Source of the DNA: Candidatus Lokiarchaeum ossiferum
GTDB lineage: Archaea > Asgardarchaeota > Lokiarchaeia > Sigyniarchaeales > Promethearchaeaceae
Assembly: GCA_025839675.1 (NCBI GenBank)
Contig: CP104013.1
Location: 4,560,001-4,592,000 of the forward strand
Direction: 5' to 3'
Length of the DNA: 32,000 bases
Part shown: positions 15,498 through 24,120 of the stretch, piece by piece
Layout: each line of letters starts with the position of its first letter
How positions within the stretch are numbered: the first letter of the stretch is position 1
Translations under genes and position numbers: made by a program
The notes under the pieces: generated by a model
Databases searched by the model: none
What the model was told of the DNA's origin: nothing
The model's input: the letters and a program-made list of their open reading frames with translations, nothing else

Positions 15498-18113
15498 ATG
15501 ATAAAGAGTATGCGATTAAAGAATTTTCGAAAACACTTAGATTATTCTCTCCAGTTGGCTGATGAGTTTAATTTAATTCATGGGCGAAATAATGCTGGAA
15601 AATCCACTTTATTTTATGCTGTGGAATATTGTCTTTTTGGAACTGTACAAGGGTTCAAAAAAATAAACCAATTAGTTCTCTACGGACAAAAAACAATTGG
15701 AGTGGAGCTATTTTTCAAAGGAAAAGATAATCGACAATATAAATTGCAACGGATGCACAAAATATCTGGTAGAACTAATTCCGCAAAAGGATTTTTTACT
15801 TTGAAAGAACTACAACCTCAAGAAAATGGTATGGATGGCAATATAGATGAAGTGTATATCTTATCTACAGATTTTGGGGATAGAGAAGAAAATTTACGAT
15901 TAAAACTTGTTGAACTCACTGGGATCTCCAAACGATTTTTTGAAGCAGGAATGTTTTTCAAACAAGGCACTATTAGCAATATATTAGATGGTTCCAAGAA
16001 TTTAGATGTTATTTTTGGTATAACTGCTGCTAGTGCTTTAGCAGATACCTTTAAAAACAAAATTAATTTATTGGAAAAAAAAACAGCAGGAATTGGGAAT
16101 ATTGAGATTCTACTAAACAAATTACGGGAAGATAAACAAAATAATCTTGCAGAAATATTGAAACTAAATACAGAGATTAATATTTTCCAAAGCAATGTAG
16201 AAAGTCTCAATAAATTCAAAGATGGTTTTTCTTCTATTTTAAAGCATTTTCTTGCTCTCCAATCGATTTTAAATGAACGTGAAGATTTGCAACATGATAA
16301 AGATAACGTTCAAACAAAATATGAGACAATTCAGGAGAAATTTCTATTAATTCTCAAAGATAATCATTCCTTAGAAGATATGGATGATAAATTTCATGAA
16401 TTTAAGGAATGTGCAAAAGCGATAAACGATGAAATTGAAAATTTTGATAAAAAAAAACATGAAATTGAACAGTTGACACAACAATACCAGTCGAAGATCA
16501 TGGAACTCGAATTAAATCAGAAAAATCGTAATGTATTGCTTGATGAATTGACAGAACAACAAGAGGAATTTGGCGATAGTTGTTCGATTCAGCAAAAATT
16601 GAACCAAAGTGAAATCAAATTATCCAATAATGGTGAAATTGAAGACGAACTTAATCAAAAAATTGACAAACTTGTTTTAGCTGAGAAAAAAATGGAATCT
16701 GATATTGGAAATATTGGAGGTATTCTAGCGAGGCGTCAAAAATCTTCTGAAAGTCCATTATGCGAATATTGTGGAAATTCTATTGATAAAAATGCAGTAA
16801 TTAAGGAAATCAAAAACTTGGAGTATGAAAATTTAAAATTGAAGCAAGAAAAGAAAGAAATAAATCTCCAAATCGAGACATTAAAAGACACAAAAAAAAC
16901 TCTTTTGCATGAAAATCAAAGCATATTGCTCGAGAAACAAAAATTGTCTTTAAAATACACTCAGTTGAAAAAAATTCATGCTCAAATTGCTATTCTTGAT
17001 GGAAATGGTAATATCTTAAGTAAATTATCCGAATATGCGCAAATTCAAGATCAAAATGAAAAAGAATGTAGTGAGATACAAAGAATAATAGCAAACAAGC
17101 AGATTCAGTCACAACAAATATCTGCTCAAATGGCTCAATTAAAAACCCAATGCGATTTAGCTCATGATATGAATATAAGCCTAAAGCAAATTGGGGGAGA
17201 AAAGGAAAAAGTCAATCAAAAAATTCAAGAAAATCTTGACAAGCTTATAGAATCTATTAATCAATTAAAAATTTGTTTTCAATCCCTTAAAGAATCTGAT
17301 TTTCTTGATAAATCTGAAAGAAGTGATGGATTAGTTCAACAAAATCATAATTTTCAAGAGAATGAATTTTCTGATTCTTTTTCTCCAGATATAATATTCA
17401 GTGAATCTCAAGAGGGATTACTGGCGATTTCCACTGATCCATTAGATTTTTTATCAATCAAAAAATTTACTGAAAAAAATGTTGATCTAATTAAAAATCT
17501 CGGTAGTAAATTGGATACCTTGCTTAATGTAAGTCACCAGGAATTGCAGAAGGTTAATAAAAAATTAATTGAAAGTCAACAAAATTTAATGGAATTGGAC
17601 AAAGAAATCAGCCATTACAATGCAAAGTTGATTAATATTCAAAGAATTTTGACTTTACTCTCTAAATATACAAGTTATAAACAGATATTTGAAGAAATTC
17701 AAAACACTATTCGTGAAAATGCTTCTAAAGCCTTAGAAGGAAAAATTTTAGACTATCATAATTGTCTATCTTTGGAATCAGAATTTAGTAAAATTCAAGT
17801 GGATAACACAGATTATAGTTTAAACGTGACCCCAATTGATGCCGGAACCGATGATATATATCCAGCAAATGTTTATCAAGGGGGTGGGCATAAGTTAATG
17901 TTGGGGTTAGCATACAAATTTGCAATTGGTGATCTTATTGGTAATCCTCCTGTATTGCTTATTGATGAACCTACCGAATTTATTGATTCGGAAAATCGTG
18001 AAAATGTATTATCCCATTTACATAACATTACTCAACATAGCCAAGTTCTACTTATCACACACCAAGATGTCGATAAAATTACTTCCCAACAAAAAATCAG
18101 AATTCAAACATAG
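15498..18113 (+). CDS. Rad50/SbcC-like ABC ATPase with a long coiled coil and a central CxxC zinc hook
   Basis: Walker A GRNNAGKST, Q-loop FFKQGT, about 600 aa of heptad-rich K/E/Q/L sequence, and CEYC at the coiled-coil midpoint. The C-terminal lobe has QGGGHK in place of LSGGE, Walker B VLLIDEP and H-loop LLITHQD. Alternative TTG start at 15492. Confidence 0.8.
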   Translation: MIKSMRLKNFRKHLDYSLQLADEFNLIHGRNNAGKSTLFYAVEYCLFGTVQGFKKINQLVLYGQKTIGVELFFKGKDNRQYKLQRMHKISGRTNSAKGFFTLKELQPQENGMDGNIDEVYILSTDFGDREENLRLKLVELTGISKRFFEAGMFFKQGTISNILDGSKNLDVIFGITAASALADTFKNKINLLEKKTAGIGNIEILLNKLREDKQNNLAEILKLNTEINIFQSNVESLNKFKDGFSSILKHFLALQSILNEREDLQHDKDNVQTKYETIQEKFLLILKDNHSLEDMDDKFHEFKECAKAINDEIENFDKKKHEIEQLTQQYQSKIMELELNQKNRNVLLDELTEQQEEFGDSCSIQQKLNQSEIKLSNNGEIEDELNQKIDKLVLAEKKMESDIGNIGGILARRQKSSESPLCEYCGNSIDKNAVIKEIKNLEYENLKLKQEKKEINLQIETLKDTKKTLLHENQSILLEKQKLSLKYTQLKKIHAQIAILDGNGNILSKLSEYAQIQDQNEKECSEIQRIIANKQIQSQQISAQMAQLKTQCDLAHDMNISLKQIGGEKEKVNQKIQENLDKLIESINQLKICFQSLKESDFLDKSERSDGLVQQNHNFQENEFSDSFSPDIIFSESQEGLLAISTDPLDFLSIKKFTEKNVDLIKNLGSKLDTLLNVSHQELQKVNKKLIESQQNLMELDKEISHYNAKLINIQRILTLLSKYTSYKQIFEEIQNTIRENASKALEGKILDYHNCLSLESEFSKIQVDNTDYSLNVTPIDAGTDDIYPANVYQGGGHKLMLGLAYKFAIGDLIGNPPVLLIDEPTEFIDSENRENVLSHLHNITQHSQVLLITHQDVDKITSQQKIRIQT

Positions 18114-18126
18114 GATTGAAAAAACA

Positions 18127-18672
18127 ATGCAAACTAAAATGGACAATTATTCCGATCAAAACCAACAAAATAATGCGGTTGAAGAGTTCAAGGCAAAATT
18201 TAAGCAAATTTATGCTGGTCCTAATTATGTGGTGGAGGAAATGCTTGAAAATGTACAATCCGATCCCCAACCCCTCGGAAATACTTCCGAAATGCTGATC
18301 CAAAAATTTATGATGGAGATCATTCGGAAACTTGTGAAATTTTTGCAATCAAATAAGATTCGGCATGATTTCTTTAAACTAGGTTTAATGAAAGCAGATC
18401 CAATCTGGACCCCTGTCAGAAAAATGGTGATTGTAAAAAGAATCGAAGAATTTCGTCAAAAAAAGGTGGTTCAAAAGGGAAAGAAATATGATATTTCGGA
18501 TCTGAAATCTTCGATGCTTGGAAAAGAAGTGGTTAAGCGGGTTGGATTTGGAAATCGGAATATTTTATCAAAAGTGGAATATGCTTTGGTGACCGAACAA
18601 ATAAAAAAACTAAAATATGAATCACCAATAGTGATAAAACCTACTACGACCGAGATATTTTTTAAAAAATAA
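18127..18672 (+). CDS. hypothetical protein (181 aa), operon member
   Basis: ATG lies 13 nt after the Rad50-like stop. The track ORF starting at 17920 would overlap the previous gene out of frame. No motif recognised. Confidence 0.55.
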   Translation: MQTKMDNYSDQNQQNNAVEEFKAKFKQIYAGPNYVVEEMLENVQSDPQPLGNTSEMLIQKFMMEIIRKLVKFLQSNKIRHDFFKLGLMKADPIWTPVRKMVIVKRIEEFRQKKVVQKGKKYDISDLKSSMLGKEVVKRVGFGNRNILSKVEYALVTEQIKKLKYESPIVIKPTTTEIFFKK

Positions 18673-18677
18673 CTTTT

Positions 18678-19616
18678 ATGGAGAGAATTCAAATGAGTGC
18701 AGAGAATCAAACAAAACCTATTTCAGAATTTGCGAAATTGATGGAATCGAAACGAATTGTTGATATTCGGGAAAATATTAATATTGTAATGGAAGGTCAA
18801 TATGAATATGCTTATAATGCGATGTTAGATGCGTATAATGCAGGGTTGTTTGTTGGACTAGTTGGACCCGTGGGCTGTGGAAAAACTGCTTTATGTCGGA
18901 AATTTGCTTATGATATGAATCGCGATTTTTATTGGGTAACCTTTTCAGATTTAGTGCGCCCGGCGACATTAATCGGTTCATTTGATCCTACACTTGTATT
19001 TAAGTATGGTTTTTCAGCAGAAGCATATGTACCCGGACCCTTTACATTAGCTGCATTAAAAGGGGGCGTGTTTTTAGCCAATGAGCTGAATCGGGGTGAT
19101 GAATATGTGCTAAATAGTATGTTGGATGCAATGGAAGAACGTCGATTATATATTCCCCAATTAAAATCATGGCTTGAAGTAGATTCTAATTTTTACGTAA
19201 TTTCGGCCATGAATCCCTCTGAAATGCGAGGTACTCGAAAATTACCATCTGCAATAAAGGATCGAATAAAAGTCTGGATTCACTTGGGGTATCCTTCCCG
19301 TGCTTTAGAACAAAAAATCATTCAAAGTAATTGTTCAGAATACAATTTATCTGCCATGACTCACGAAAAAATATTAGAATTGATGATTCAGTGTCGTAAT
19401 GATCCGAATGTTGAAAAACCTCCTAGTCTTCGGACTAGTATTGGTCTGGCCCGATTTGTGGCTGAACGTTCGAAGCGATTAAAGGTTCCTATTGATAATC
19501 AATTATTGGCAGATTCAGCAAAACTCATATTAAAAGATTCACTGGAGTTACGTCCAGGGAAAAATCTTGATACATTTATTAAAGATCTTCTAATTCGGGT
19601 AGTTGGAGTTGCCTAA
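18678..19616 (+). CDS. MoxR/CbbQ-type AAA+ ATPase (AAA_5/AAA_3-like)
   Basis: Walker A GPVGCGKTA, Walker B region VFLANELNRGDEYVLNSMLDAMEERRLYIP (MoxR-type hhhDEINR...LLEAMEER), sensor-1 region VISAMNP. Alternative ATG at 18693. Confidence 0.8.
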   Translation: MERIQMSAENQTKPISEFAKLMESKRIVDIRENINIVMEGQYEYAYNAMLDAYNAGLFVGLVGPVGCGKTALCRKFAYDMNRDFYWVTFSDLVRPATLIGSFDPTLVFKYGFSAEAYVPGPFTLAALKGGVFLANELNRGDEYVLNSMLDAMEERRLYIPQLKSWLEVDSNFYVISAMNPSEMRGTRKLPSAIKDRIKVWIHLGYPSRALEQKIIQSNCSEYNLSAMTHEKILELMIQCRNDPNVEKPPSLRTSIGLARFVAERSKRLKVPIDNQLLADSAKLILKDSLELRPGKNLDTFIKDLLIRVVGVA

Positions 19617-19647
19617 ATAAATTTCTTAATTGAAGGGATGAGAATCA

Positions 19648-22236
19648 TTGTTAGGTAAAAATCAATCTTTAATTGGGGACCCGCCATGTTTAAACAATAT
19701 TCAAGGTGTAATTCTTACCCCTATCCAATTTTCCATTGAATTTATTTTTAGAATGCGCAAGTCTAAATCACTCTTATTTAATGTACCAAGTTCAAGACAA
19801 GCTCTTGCCATCCCAAAGCTTCTAACGGCCATGTACTATAGGAAAAATATTCTCACTCCTGAAAATTTTATTACTTCTGCTGTGATAACTACTCCCATTG
19901 AGGATCAGATTGTTGCTAAGCGAATAGCCACTGAGATTTTATTTCCCGATAACAGATCGATTGATTTATCTGGTTCTACAATCGCCTCACCAACTGCAAG
20001 ATCTATTTCTGGAAAAAATGTGTCTCAAGTTAAAAAAGAGGATCTATTTGATGATTTTTTAGCAGAAGTTGATGATTTAGGTCTTGATTTGAATGAAATT
20101 AATTCTCAAGCTTTTGATGGAACTGCTGATCTCAAAGAATTCGAATATCTTATGGATTTTATCCAAGATTTTTACGAAAAAGCTGCAAATCAGCAAGATC
20201 CATTCTTATCTATAGCCAGCATTTTTGATCAGCGCCAAGGGTATATAGATATGTTACATCGAGGCATCAATACTTTACAGAAAGCTCAAGATCATGCCCA
20301 CCAATTAGTATCACAATCTGTACAACAACTTTCTCCAAAAGATGTTCAAGCTGCTACAAATTTAGGTTGGAGTGATGAGTTGCTTACACAAACGCATGCA
20401 CCATGGATAAAAATGGGCCTGGAATATTGTGCAAAATCTTCAGAATATGGACAACATCTAATTGATCTTATCAAAACTGCTGATATTGGTACGTGTACAA
20501 AAACTCTTCAGTTTATTAAAGATTTGGGTGAAAAAGAATCGATATTAAAGTGTCATGCTGCTCAAATTCAACAAAAAATTAGATCGTTATCTGATGTTTG
20601 GGAAATGTCACAGATTTCTGACCAAATCCCTGTATTTAACAAAAAAAAAGTATTTAAACAAAGTTTGCACAAGAATCTCGAAAATGCGTTTGATATAGCT
20701 CGAAGAATGTCTTCAAAATTTGATTCCCCAATGGCTCATGAATTGCACGATCAGTGGGCCCAGCAAAATCAGTCTCCCGATTTGGCAGATCTCTATCATG
20801 CACAATATCCTGTTCCACAGTGGGATCAAAATTTAACTCAGTTCGTAAAGGATGCTTTGGCTAAAATTTCAACTTCTCAGGACCCTCAATCTCAGAAGAA
20901 CTCCGCTCAAATTAATGAATTAATTCAAAATCTAATGCAATATTCAGAAAGATGTTTTTATTCTCATTGTGCTGAGAAATTTAAAGAAGAAGCATCTCAA
21001 TCCGGTTTTGTTTCTTTAAAAAACTGTGCTTCTCCTGAAGAATTCATACACCAAGTTAAATTCCTACTGAAAATACAGATTCCCATGGTTATTAGTAAAA
21101 TGTATGATATTGGAACTCAAAAAGGAATTTCGGAAGAACGTCTCATGGAAATTATTGGTGGTTCTTTTGAAATTTTGAAGAAGTTATTTGCAAAACAATT
21201 GAACTCCCATGAAGTTTTTTCAAAACTTCTTGACACATGTAAATCTTTATCTAAAAGTCAACTTGCTGATCTAACTCAGATAGCGGCAAACAATAAAAAT
21301 TTCTATGGTTTAAGTGCTTTAGCCCATAAAGATTTCAGTTGTACAATGAATTGTATTTCTGGAATGAATCAAAATGCTCAAAATTTGTTTATTGACAGTT
21401 TATCGGCTGGACCTGGTGAAAATCTTCTTTTGCAATGGTTTCATCACCGTCGGAATATTCCAAAAGACATGAAAAAGCGGATTCGAGAATTAACTAAATC
21501 CATGTTGATTAGAATTGCTTTGAATATTGTTTCGAATCAAAGGGGAACTGGTGAAAAAGGATTGATTCCCACCTCGAAATTACGGCCTTATATTGAAGGA
21601 GATCCAATGGATTTGGTCGATATTGACGCTTCCATTGAAAACATCATTACATCAGGAAAAAATCTTGAACATGTTTGTGGGGATGATTTATTCGTCCAAG
21701 ATTCTCAAAAAGGGCGAGTATCCATTTGTTTCCTATTGGATATTTCAGGATCCATGAGCGGTGATAAATTAGCTGCTTGTTCCATTGCCACTTTAGTCCT
21801 AATTGGGCATCTTAAAACCGAAGAAGTAGCCATTGCATTTTTTGAATCTGATACCCATACTGTTAAATCATTTGATGATGAGAAAGATCTTGATGATATT
21901 GCTGACGAACTTCTTGATCTTCATGCACGAGGAGGAACTCAAGTACAAAAGGCTCTTGAATGGGGTCATTCACAACTAGAAAGTTCAACAGCTGAATACA
22001 AGTTATGTTTTTTGTTAACAGATTGTGAATTCTTTGAATCTTTTAATGTTGTTAGAAAGGAACTTGAGAAATATGTAAATTTACGCGCTCATTTTCTTCT
22101 TGGTGTGAATACACGATCTTATTCAAGAAGCTATGCAAATTTAATTCTTGATACAACCCAAGGAGAATTACTTAAAATCCTCAATATTGCTGAAATTCCG
22201 CAAATCATTATGGAAACCTTGGAAAAAATTGGATAA
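19648..22236 (+). CDS. large helical protein with a C-terminal von Willebrand factor A (VWA) domain carrying a MIDAS motif
   Basis: VSICFLLDISGSMSG (D-x-S-x-S at nt 21739-21753), later ARGGTQ and LLTDCE. The N-terminal ~650 aa are helical and Q-rich with an acidic stretch DLFDDFLAEVDDLGLDLNE. TTG start; the N-terminus is uncertain. Confidence 0.75.
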   Translation: MLGKNQSLIGDPPCLNNIQGVILTPIQFSIEFIFRMRKSKSLLFNVPSSRQALAIPKLLTAMYYRKNILTPENFITSAVITTPIEDQIVAKRIATEILFPDNRSIDLSGSTIASPTARSISGKNVSQVKKEDLFDDFLAEVDDLGLDLNEINSQAFDGTADLKEFEYLMDFIQDFYEKAANQQDPFLSIASIFDQRQGYIDMLHRGINTLQKAQDHAHQLVSQSVQQLSPKDVQAATNLGWSDELLTQTHAPWIKMGLEYCAKSSEYGQHLIDLIKTADIGTCTKTLQFIKDLGEKESILKCHAAQIQQKIRSLSDVWEMSQISDQIPVFNKKKVFKQSLHKNLENAFDIARRMSSKFDSPMAHELHDQWAQQNQSPDLADLYHAQYPVPQWDQNLTQFVKDALAKISTSQDPQSQKNSAQINELIQNLMQYSERCFYSHCAEKFKEEASQSGFVSLKNCASPEEFIHQVKFLLKIQIPMVISKMYDIGTQKGISEERLMEIIGGSFEILKKLFAKQLNSHEVFSKLLDTCKSLSKSQLADLTQIAANNKNFYGLSALAHKDFSCTMNCISGMNQNAQNLFIDSLSAGPGENLLLQWFHHRRNIPKDMKKRIRELTKSMLIRIALNIVSNQRGTGEKGLIPTSKLRPYIEGDPMDLVDIDASIENIITSGKNLEHVCGDDLFVQDSQKGRVSICFLLDISGSMSGDKLAACSIATLVLIGHLKTEEVAIAFFESDTHTVKSFDDEKDLDDIADELLDLHARGGTQVQKALEWGHSQLESSTAEYKLCFLLTDCEFFESFNVVRKELEKYVNLRAHFLLGVNTRSYSRSYANLILDTTQGELLKILNIAEIPQIIMETLEKIG

Positions 22237-22241
22237 ATTGG

Positions 22242-23387
22242 TTATACTGAAATTCGTAAAGATTTTTGCTTAGGAGCTTCCCTTATATATCCGATGATAT
22301 ACGCAATTCCTACTAAGGAAGCTATTAACTTTGTATTTTCCAACATTCGATCGATTTCTGTATCGGTGCGGAGTAATATTGCTAAAATAATTATACAAAG
22401 AATTAGCATATAGAAGCTTCCGGGCATAACTCCAACATTGTCACTTTTATAGATTTTTTGCTCAATGAAGAAATAGATTCCAGCAATAATTAATCCATTT
22501 AATGGTGCTGCGATCCACCAATATTCAAAATGTAGTGTATTTAGTAGAATATATTGGACGATGCAAAGAATATACAAGACAATTAATACTAAAAGGCCAT
22601 AGAATTTATCTTGAATTAAGGAAACAATTTCCATCCCAATACCAGCAAAGATGATGGTTATTGCCAGATTTCGAATCCATTCTGTGGAGTTGATGGTTTG
22701 AGTTTCAGGAAACAAAACTACGGATCCATTATATATTATTGCCACAATCGTCACCAAAATGGCAAGAGCTTTGAAGGCATCAATGATATAATTGTAAAAT
22801 GTTGCCCGTGAATAAGAGCTTACTAATTTATGGGGTTTAATATGGGGAACAACCTTTGGTTGGCCCATCAAGATGATAAAGAATGGATAAACTCCCATTA
22901 TTAATGCAATGCTGATCATAAATGCTCCAGGGAGGAAAAATTCGAATAAAAAGCAAATTCCACAGATCCAGAGTGCCCAAAAACTGGTGTTATATAGAGG
23001 TTTCTTCTTTTTAGGTGTTAAACCGTGTTCGGCTCGGATAAAGAACCATCCCAAAAAGGCAAAAGAATAGGAAAGTATAGATGCCCAAATAATTATTTCT
23101 GAAAGTGCTATTTCCCACCCTTTTTGAATATTAATGAATAGGAAAATGCTCGCAATGGCACCTGTAATTGAAAAAATAAGTGTAATTAGGCGACTTATTC
23201 TGTCTAAGTATGATGTTTTCATACTCAGATAATCCATGACAAATATAATGACAAGAATTGAACTTTCAAATATGATTATTCGGGAAAAAACATTGAAATC
23301 AATGTTTTCTAATGTAATTTGTGAAATTTTGATTGTAATATAGGGGAAAAAGCACACTAACCCAAGATAGTAGTATATTTTCATCAT
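22242..23387 (-). CDS. polytopic membrane protein, unknown function
   Basis: 381 aa with about 11-12 hydrophobic segments. Convergent with the VWA gene, with stop codons 5 bp apart. Confidence 0.6.
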   Translation of the reverse strand: MMKIYYYLGLVCFFPYITIKISQITLENIDFNVFSRIIIFESSILVIIFVMDYLSMKTSYLDRISRLITLIFSITGAIASIFLFINIQKGWEIALSEIIIWASILSYSFAFLGWFFIRAEHGLTPKKKKPLYNTSFWALWICGICFLFEFFLPGAFMISIALIMGVYPFFIILMGQPKVVPHIKPHKLVSSYSRATFYNYIIDAFKALAILVTIVAIIYNGSVVLFPETQTINSTEWIRNLAITIIFAGIGMEIVSLIQDKFYGLLVLIVLYILCIVQYILLNTLHFEYWWIAAPLNGLIIAGIYFFIEQKIYKSDNVGVMPGSFYMLILCIIILAILLRTDTEIDRMLENTKLIASLVGIAYIIGYIREAPKQKSLRISV

Positions 23388-23508
23388 GAATGAATATACT
23401 TGATCTATTCGTTCTTTTCCACCGGTTTCACGGGATGTTTTTTTTTCTTGAATCAGAAGTCACCTAAGACAAAAATCGGTTATTAAGATCAATAAGAAAT
23501 AAGGTGTT

Positions 23509-23516
23509 AAAAAAAA
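23509..23516 (-). terminator. Oligo-T tract (T8 on - strand) ending the actin-cluster transcription unit
   Basis: A8 on the + strand, 18 nt downstream of stop 23534. Confidence 0.45.
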
Positions 23517-23533
23517 TGGGTATTTTCTCCTTT

Positions 23534-24055
23534 TTAACTGCGCATGAATGAAGGTAACATAAGATTGAAAATTTGTAATATTTCCTTTAACTTTGATTTT
23601 TCATTCACTAATGTACCAATCAATATTGTTTTCATAAGAGAATCTTTGCTTAAAGGGCCACTCGTGAATAGTGCTGATGATGGAGACCAAATGAGCAAAT
23701 ATTTCACATTTGGATTATTAATTAAATCGATTCCTTGAGTTGCTTTTAATTTATCATATATTTTAGCATATTCATCAGGCCATAATCGTCTATCGTTCAA
23801 GACAATTTGGACTTTAATTCCATTTTTTGCCCGATCTTGTAAAATCAAAGCAAATTCTTCCGTTATATAAGGTGCAACAATTTTAATTTCAGTTGCATTG
23901 GTTATAATTTCCGCAATATGGTTATTCATCTCGTGTTCTTTTCCCGCCAGTCCTCCGGTAAAAATTTTAATTGCTCCCACTAAGCGGAGAAGTCGGTTTT
24001 CGAGATCTTCAATTCTCTTTTTTAATTTCATATTTTCGGCTGCTAATAAAGACAT
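23534..24055 (-). CDS. coiled-coil plus degenerate PLD-like domain protein (TrmB middle-domain-like, no HTH)
   Basis: N-terminal heptad helix AENMKLKKRIEDLENRLLRL is followed by EIKIVAPYITEEFALILQDRAKNGIKVQIVLND. NVKYLLIWSPSSALFTSGPL aligns to the PLD H-x-K-x4-D...GSxN motif with the His and Asp replaced. Confidence 0.45.
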   Translation of the reverse strand: MSLLAAENMKLKKRIEDLENRLLRLVGAIKIFTGGLAGKEHEMNNHIAEIITNATEIKIVAPYITEEFALILQDRAKNGIKVQIVLNDRRLWPDEYAKIYDKLKATQGIDLINNPNVKYLLIWSPSSALFTSGPLSKDSLMKTILIGTLVNEKSKLKEILQIFNLMLPSFMRS

Positions 24056-24120
24056 AAATTCACCCTTATGATCAATTAGTTCTTGTTATTTTTGAACATT
24101 AAGTTTGTTAGTACTATTTT

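Noticed and set aside
15498-18113. Calling this gene the canonical DNA-repair Rad50
   Set aside because: There is no Mre11, HerA or NurA neighbour, the signature motif is degenerate, and the gene is embedded in a MoxR/VWA operon. I therefore call it only Rad50/SbcC-like. The bona fide rad50 may be elsewhere in the genome.
17920-18126. N-terminal extension of the 181-aa gene (track start 17920)
   Set aside because: It would overlap the last ~190 nt of the Rad50-like gene in another frame and encodes junk-like hydrophobic sequence. ATG 18127, 13 nt after the upstream stop, is the sensible start.
22234-22244. Convergent stop codons only 5 bp apart (VWA gene versus membrane gene), and overlapping convergent stops at 4587-4590
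   Set aside because: Tight convergent packing is common in compact archaeal genomes. It implies the terminators lie inside the opposing genes, but is not in itself evidence of antisense regulation.
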